64,000 bases of DNA from Elusimicrobia bacterium RIFOXYA2_FULL_47_53 (lineage in GTDB: Bacteria; Elusimicrobiota; Endomicrobiia; Endomicrobiales; XYA2-FULL-47-53): positions 30,641 through 94,640 of the forward strand of contig MGVE01000020.1 of the NCBI GenBank assembly GCA_001800315.1. The letters are read 5' to 3'. A program made the position numbers and the translations under genes. This document shows positions 59,801 through 64,000 of the stretch, piece after piece. A model generated the notes under the pieces. It worked only from the letters and a program-made list of their open reading frames with translations. It was not told the DNA's origin and did no database searches. Each line of letters starts with the position of its first letter. Positions within the stretch are counted from its first letter, which is position 1.

Positions 59801-61758
59801 TTGTTCTCGCCTCAGGCGAAAACCAGTTTGATGTTGATTTTGACAGCAATTCTATCATTGGTAGCAGCGTCAACGGCGTGGTCGTAAGCACGGGCGGCGT
59901 TCCGTTGACCGATGCCGTCATAAGCCTGGTTCACCGCACTATAACGAAATCTATAACCACTGACGCTAACGGAGAGTTCAAAATATCCGGGCTTCCCCCG
60001 GGCACTTACAGGATGACCGTCAATAAAGCCGGATACGCGCCTGCCGCCGAAAAGTTCGGCCTCGGCAGGAACCCGAAGCGTTTCACCGGTGATGACGCCA
60101 TAATAATGACGGCCGCGGACACTTCCATTGAAGGCACCGTGTTCTCGCAAAAAATTCCGTCAACAAAAGTCATAGTGGGGGCGAAAGTTGTGGCCTATAA
60201 CGAAACCTATAATACAACTAACCCCTCAAAGATGCTCCCGGTGCTGTCTGCCAAAACGGACGAGCAGGGAAAATATTTTATAGATGGAATGATTTCAGGC
60301 AACATATATAAGGTATATGTGCTTTCACCCGGAAAACTTTTGGAGTGGAAAACACTGGGCACTACCCTGAATCCACTGCCAGCGGGGGCCAACAGAAATG
60401 TGGACTTCCTGTTGAGATCGCTTCCGCCGCGCATGAAAATCACCATGTCAAAAATATTTGAGAATAACCGTTTCCTTTATAAGTTCTTTGTGGAAAGCCC
60501 AAAGAAAATAATCAACCCATCAAATCCCTCGTCTCTGGCGGCGCCCTACTGCAGGTACAGCCCCGTGGACGGAGCTGACGGCAGTTTTGTTGAGGCCAGG
60601 GCTGTTGAAGTGCTGCCTAATATCGGCCCCGAGATTTCCAATCCCGACGGCGGGAAAATATACACTTACAGTCTGAAGATACCAGTAATGGACGACAGTG
60701 AATATTATAAGTTAAGAGTGCAGGCCACCGACGGCTCGGTGGATTTCTCCGAGGATTTGCTTTTCGGGCCCAAGATTGAAGCAAAGGCAAAAAAGGATAT
60801 AAAAGAAGAGCTGGCTGAAGGCGGAGACATAAGCCTTGATGACACCGGTTTTGATACTACTCAGATCACGGTGGATCCGGGCGCGCTTACTCCCACAGGA
60901 GAAGAGACCAGCAATATGGTGCAAAACGGAGTTGATGTGCCCATAGGCGGTTTTTTAAGCGCGATGCCAAACTTCAATCTTTCCAGAACCGGAACGGCCA
61001 AATCCGTAGCTATGTCTAAGATAGTTGACAGCATTGTGGCGAGCGATGTTTATGAGATAAACCTGGCGGCGGCTCAGATCAACAAGTCGCTCTCGCTTAA
61101 CCTTAAATTTGACTACGACAAAGTAAACGACGCCGAAATGGCTGATCTTTCAATTTATCAGTACAACAGTTTCAGCGAGCAGTGGGAAGTTGTCCCAGGC
61201 GCCGTAACGGTGGACCCGATAAGCGGGGTGGTCAGCGTTGATGTGGACTCGGTGCAGAAGGCCGCCAACGGCTCCAACGCGCCTGCCGCGGGCAGATCTG
61301 TTATCAGAAACGGCATGTACGCCGTAAACAGGGCGGCTTCTACTGATCAGAGCGGAGTTTTCGCGGTATTTAAGCAGGATCCGGCCACAGCCAAGGCTTA
61401 TACAGGCGCCGAGTTTGAGGTATATAACTTCCCGAATCCGTTTAATTTAAAATCCAAGAATATTCATATGACGGATGTCTATTCCGCGGCTGATCAGGCG
61501 GTCAGCGGCACCATGATCAAGTACGCTCTGCCTGCCGCTATGGGCGGTAGAATAAAGTTTTACATTTACAACCTCGCCGCCGAGTTTGTCAGAGAGCTTG
61601 ACGAAGGAACAAAAGACGGCGGATATTACTATTACACGGAATGGGACGGGAAAAACGACAACGGAGAGGAGTGCGCTTCCGGAGTGTATTTCCTGCTGGC
61701 AAAATCCGACGGCAAGAAAATAAACGCCAAACCGCTTAAGATGGCTATATTGAAATAA
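56896..61758 (+). CDS. Large surface protein with multiple CarboxypepD_reg-like domains and a T9SS-type (FlgD-Ig/Por_Secre_tail-like) C-terminal domain
   Basis: ATG 56896 follows RBS gggagga. Signal peptide MRKFLFLVLSILSLGASSALNA. Repeated motifs such as TDANGEFKISGLPPGTYRMTVNKAGYAP, NDKGNFEISGLAPGLYRI, DAAGNFEITGLSAGNYNM. C-terminus VYNFPNPFN...IKFYIYNLAAEFVREL...WDGKNDNGEECASGVYFLL. Confidence 0.75.
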   Translation: MRKFLFLVLSILSLGASSALNAAVLTVRVSDTAGSPVSGALVAAIAFNNQVGGTGEPDGAKSAIGETGASGSIDLTIVENYDYMLFVSKQGMSPSIKDQMSNPIYAPVRTSAANISANRVLSTDNSLTTLSGEIDVSANFPSGTMIFCDVRNITTDEPVAFSANKTPGAVKIFNVPSAAAGTYRVFVGVPESGIGYAVDSVAAVTAGQAVSISVSSTSFAGVGKVDRQDQPAGNISFESVVKDQNGNGLKDCVVVLKKKNPLNLSSYEWDRAEDYREVRTDFSGHFAFYDVAVDSYAVQISKDGYEGRFITGRYGALRPDRLEDRQITDSYDAGQVVLPPAKGRLKGRAKIFTGTGYINAPNTHVNVWPDWSLWPAIATSSRTSDAGGYNNYYTTGQDRAARGNAFANTDAAGNFEITGLSAGNYNMQIWSEFVNIPGGYSVNKGAPQGDSWSWDRVSTDLRITVTTGAANADWVCDIYDSSGAAVRQDLWSNPLEVCIATQAAQSGLISGTITFDVPGESVVISSMDAIMIFAYEQNTGGWEQMRFFTAITGTVSRQVTYSIGVMPEKKYWVELRSRNWGVVDRMDTNADLTGKTALTGLNFKLVPSGTVKGIVRQPDGNIFKKKSGQGFEERIELNAQGINTKSWGWGEVNDKGNFEISGLAPGLYRIDTKNGKYTFSTTSGQTGSPLEWPDTWVDGVRVKAGSETYLEIQLKNGALVSPKTPSLPPVAAAPAPYQKPYTQYGIIKFSSSEGATRDAFAQFMGGPEGFERSVAFKYDQSSSDPWDGARRILPGRYDFYLSRVDLFTAGNKDTFMQPNAHFCVTFISNLKNVEINYDALKPNATSYLEFESGTLGQSVLTGKVKGGEMFTQEDVDIIVRSGMDKFLTYIPSVMLYDSEGQLKAYSMALPTTERIFEWDKRINENSFTLEWFKKELADYPIIYRIERLPAGNYVAVFETPNYPPMMKKVVLASGENQFDVDFDSNSIIGSSVNGVVVSTGGVPLTDAVISLVHRTITKSITTDANGEFKISGLPPGTYRMTVNKAGYAPAAEKFGLGRNPKRFTGDDAIIMTAADTSIEGTVFSQKIPSTKVIVGAKVVAYNETYNTTNPSKMLPVLSAKTDEQGKYFIDGMISGNIYKVYVLSPGKLLEWKTLGTTLNPLPAGANRNVDFLLRSLPPRMKITMSKIFENNRFLYKFFVESPKKIINPSNPSSLAAPYCRYSPVDGADGSFVEARAVEVLPNIGPEISNPDGGKIYTYSLKIPVMDDSEYYKLRVQATDGSVDFSEDLLFGPKIEAKAKKDIKEELAEGGDISLDDTGFDTTQITVDPGALTPTGEETSNMVQNGVDVPIGGFLSAMPNFNLSRTGTAKSVAMSKIVDSIVASDVYEINLAAAQINKSLSLNLKFDYDKVNDAEMADLSIYQYNSFSEQWEVVPGAVTVDPISGVVSVDVDSVQKAANGSNAPAAGRSVIRNGMYAVNRAASTDQSGVFAVFKQDPATAKAYTGAEFEVYNFPNPFNLKSKNIHMTDVYSAADQAVSGTMIKYALPAAMGGRIKFYIYNLAAEFVRELDEGTKDGGYYYYTEWDGKNDNGEECASGVYFLLAKSDGKKINAKPLKMAILK

Positions 61759-61792
61759 TTTCGGCATAAAGTCTACGGCCGGGAGGAATAAT

Positions 61793-62710
61793 ATGATAAG
61801 AAAATTATTAATTTCATCGCTTTGCCTGTTTTTCGCGGGCCTGGCATCCGCGGGCGTGGGCACGACCGGCGGCCAGTTCCTGAAGATCAGCCCGTCGGCG
61901 AGAGCCTCGGCAATGGGCAACGCCTTCGCGGCTGTTTCCGACGATGTATTTGCCCTTTACTCCAACCCCGCGGGCCTTTCTCAGTTGAAAGAATCGGAAC
62001 TCGCGGCCACCTATTTGAGCTATTTCGCAGATGTTAAGTACGGTTTCATAGGCTACGCTTCCAAAGTCAAGAATATGGGTGTTTTCGGCTTCGGATATAC
62101 TTACCTGCTTGTTGATCAGATAGAGAAAAGAGATGTCAACGAAACCAAGCTCGGGGAATTTAACGCCAAAGACACGAGCCTTACCGTTTCTTACGGCAAG
62201 GACGATGTTATCCCTTCTGTCCTTGAAAATGTGAGCCTGGGCGGCAGCGTGAAAATCATCAGTTCCGAGATTGATCAGGTAATTGCCTACACGGGAGCGC
62301 TTGATCTGGCGGCGATGTACAGCCCCATAGAAAATTTAAACACCGCGCTTGTCATTCAAAATATCGGGCCCGGAATAAAGTTTGTTGAGGTAACCGACAA
62401 GCTTCCGCTGAACATTAAATTCGGCGCCTCTTACAGGGCTTTTGAAAAACTGACGATATCCGCCGATATAGACGAGTATGTGTTTGACAATAAGTTTTAC
62501 GCCTCGCTCGGAGGCGAGTACTGGGTGATAAGTAAACTGGCGCTTCGCGCGGGCTATCGCTACGGCTACGACACTTCAAACCTCGGTTCCATAGTAGGTT
62601 TGGGGGCCGGTATAGGCTTTAGGATCTGGTCGGTCGGGCTTGATTACGCCTTTTTGCCGTTCGGCGAACTCGGCGACACGCACCGGGTGTCTTTTGTCGC
62701 TAAATTTTAA
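61793..62710 (+). CDS. PorV/PorQ-family-like outer-membrane beta-barrel
   Basis: Signal peptide, then GTTGGQFLKISPSARASAMGNAFAAVSDDVFALYSNPAGL (the family N-terminal signature). Beta-strand pattern ending ...HRVSFVAKF. Confidence 0.7.
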   Translation: MIRKLLISSLCLFFAGLASAGVGTTGGQFLKISPSARASAMGNAFAAVSDDVFALYSNPAGLSQLKESELAATYLSYFADVKYGFIGYASKVKNMGVFGFGYTYLLVDQIEKRDVNETKLGEFNAKDTSLTVSYGKDDVIPSVLENVSLGGSVKIISSEIDQVIAYTGALDLAAMYSPIENLNTALVIQNIGPGIKFVEVTDKLPLNIKFGASYRAFEKLTISADIDEYVFDNKFYASLGGEYWVISKLALRAGYRYGYDTSNLGSIVGLGAGIGFRIWSVGLDYAFLPFGELGDTHRVSFVAKF

Positions 62711-62988
62711 AACGCGATAGCTCCCCGGACCCCTGATCCTCCGGTAAGGCGGCGCGGTCGTTCTGATCTCCCGAAGGGAGAGAAGAATCTTGCTTTTCCG
62801 TCATTCCGGAGAGTTTCTGTCCGGAATCCATCAAGGACTGTCATCCCTGTAGTTGCAGTGCGGCGAATAAGCCGCACAAGCTTGCAACGGGTGCGAGATG
62901 TGAGCACACACAGGGATCCAGAAAAACCACTGGATACCAGCTTCCGCTGGTATGACGACACGAAGAAGTCCGCCGTTCACTTACAACT

Positions 62989-63134
62989 TGAGTCAATTGA
63001 AAAAGTGTTTCAGGCCGTCTTTGCGAGGAGTGCAACGACGAAGCAATCTCGTCGCTTCAGGCGGAAAAACGAGATTGCTTCACCCTGCGGGTTCGCAATG
63101 ACAGGGTCTTATTAAGGGTTTTTCAACTGACTCA
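62989..63134 (+). mobile_element. 146-bp MITE with 16-bp imperfect TIRs and 10-bp flanking direct repeat, nested in an A-type element fragment
   Basis: TIRs are tgagtcaattgaaaaa (62989-63004) and the reverse complement of tttttcaactgactca (63119-63134), 15/16 matching. ACTTACAACT occurs at 62979-62988 and again at 63135-63144. The core is homologous to 19699-19797. Confidence 0.65.
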
Positions 63135-63371
63135 ACTTACAACTTTCAACTTAAAACTTATTACTTGAAATGTTCAGGGTGGCCTTACCTGTCCGGTAAA
63201 ATCTTCACCGTCAATCCTGTGGCACTATTTGGCATTGCGTATTCTGTTGCATAATCCCGAATAAATTATGTATAATTCCCCTATGAATCCCTTCTCTCGC
63301 GAGGATATTCTTTTACCCGCCCGCTCGTTCCGCGACCCTTCAGAAAATATTTTTACCGGAGAAAATCCTGT

Positions 63372-64000
63372 ATGAAAAAGAAAAAAACAACTTTTTTTAT
63401 CGCTGTTTCCATCGGTTTCGCGGTATTTGTGCTTTGGTGGTTCGGAACATTGCAGGGATTTGAAAACAAAACCATTGATTACCGCTTCAAGCTGAGAGGC
63501 GCCGTAAAGCCGTTTGCCGACATCGCGATAGTATCTATTGACGAAGATTCAATAAAGCATTTTGGCCGCTGGCCCTGGACAAGAAGCGTTCACGCGAAGC
63601 TTATAGACAAGCTTGTTTCGTCCGGCGCCAAAACCGTCGTTTTTGATGTGCTTTTTACCGAACCGGACAAGGAGCATCTCGCGGCCGACAGAGAGCTTGG
63701 CAATGCGATAGCCAGGTCCAAAAATGTCGTGCTCAACTGCTTTTTTCAGATGAACAGGGGGAAAGCGGCCAATCCGCTATTCCCGATAAACGAAATAGCG
63801 AACGGGGCGCAGATCGGTTTTGCCAACGCCTTCCCGGAGATAGACGGAGTCAACAGAAAAGTTCCGGTAATAATGGATTACGAGGCCAAACTCTACCCGT
63901 CGCTGGCTCTGGCAGGCCTTTCGGTATATCTCGGGAAACCGTTCCAGCAGATTTTGACGGAGGCCTCCATACCGCTTGATTACAACGGCGAAATGCTTCT
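63372..64000 (+). CDS. CHASE2-domain sensor protein, 3'-truncated by window edge
   Basis: Open frame from ATG 63372 to the window end. TM, then IAIVSIDEDSIKHFGRWPWTRSVHAKLIDKLVSSGAKTVVFDVLFTEPD (CHASE2 signature). Absent from the ORF track because it has no stop in the window. Confidence 0.75.
   Translation, partial: MKKKKTTFFIAVSIGFAVFVLWWFGTLQGFENKTIDYRFKLRGAVKPFADIAIVSIDEDSIKHFGRWPWTRSVHAKLIDKLVSSGAKTVVFDVLFTEPDKEHLAADRELGNAIARSKNVVLNCFFQMNRGKAANPLFPINEIANGAQIGFANAFPEIDGVNRKVPVIMDYEAKLYPSLALAGLSVYLGKPFQQILTEASIPLDYNGEML

Noticed and set aside
63220-63235. Sigma54-like promoter TGGCACtatttGGCAT upstream of the CHASE2 gene.
   Set aside because: GG and GC are separated by 9 nt rather than the strict 10, and the -12 block is GGCA rather than TTGC. 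It also lies inside a repeat element.
1-64000. A by-eye search for tRNA, rRNA, tmRNA, retron or DGR reverse transcriptase, integrase and cas genes.
   Set aside because: None was recognised in any intergenic region or ORF. A by-eye scan can miss tRNAs, so tRNAscan-SE/Infernal should confirm this.

Overview
This 64-kb window looks like it comes from an uncultivated diderm bacterium; I cannot assign a phylum from the sequence alone. The evidence for a diderm is lipobox lipoproteins, outer-membrane beta-barrels, PBP1A and MotAB. It holds about 45 protein genes, mostly on the + strand. I found no rRNA, tRNA or CRISPR array by eye.

Recognisable genes:
- DNA and core metabolism: UvrD-type helicase fused to a Cas4/AddB-like nuclease, ppdK, hisS, a cyclophilin, PBP1A, and thi4 behind a TPP riboswitch.
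- Transport: an ABC-2 exporter in an operon with a standalone DUF2156 (MprF C-terminal-like) gene, and an MFS transporter.
- Motility: an isolated flbD-motA-motB operon.
- Sugar activation: a sugar-nucleotidyltransferase/PGM-like fusion next to a canonical PGM.
- Signalling: a PilZ protein, a GAF histidine kinase with a Crp/Fnr regulator, and a CHASE2 sensor cut by the window edge.

Most unusual content:
1. A single uninterrupted 14,325-nt ORF (30615-44939, 4,774 aa) encodes a polytopic mega-protein. It interleaves TM clusters with one canonical GGDEF domain (intact I-site), two apparently degenerate GGDEF-like palm segments, HEAT-like triple repeats, a NadD/cytidylyltransferase-like module, an HExxH module and about 1,000 aa of unrecognisable C-terminus. 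It also carries duplicated internal signal-peptide-like segments and sharp compositional patches, which suggest in-frame module accretion.
2. An AT-rich island (about 14.2-17.1 kb) holds a RAYT/IS200-like Y1 transposase bracketed by a perfect 16-bp inverted repeat and triplicated 70-nt modules. Next to it, a 1.58-kb cassette bounded by perfect 27-bp terminal inverted repeats carries two paralogous wHTH genes under a palindromic operator.
3. Four intergenic repeat hubs (8.0-8.6, 13.3-14.1, 29.4-29.9 and 62.7-63.2 kb) contain several REP/MITE-like families. These include hairpins with compensatory arm changes, a 78-nt perfectly conserved nested stem-loop, and a nested 146-bp MITE with a 10-bp duplication.
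4. A surface-protein locus (52.7-62.7 kb) runs Ig-like anchor protein, FecR protein, beta-barrel, a roughly 1,620-aa CarboxypepD_reg-rich protein with a T9SS-type C-terminal domain, and a PorV-like barrel.

All domain calls come from motif reading by eye, with no searches run.
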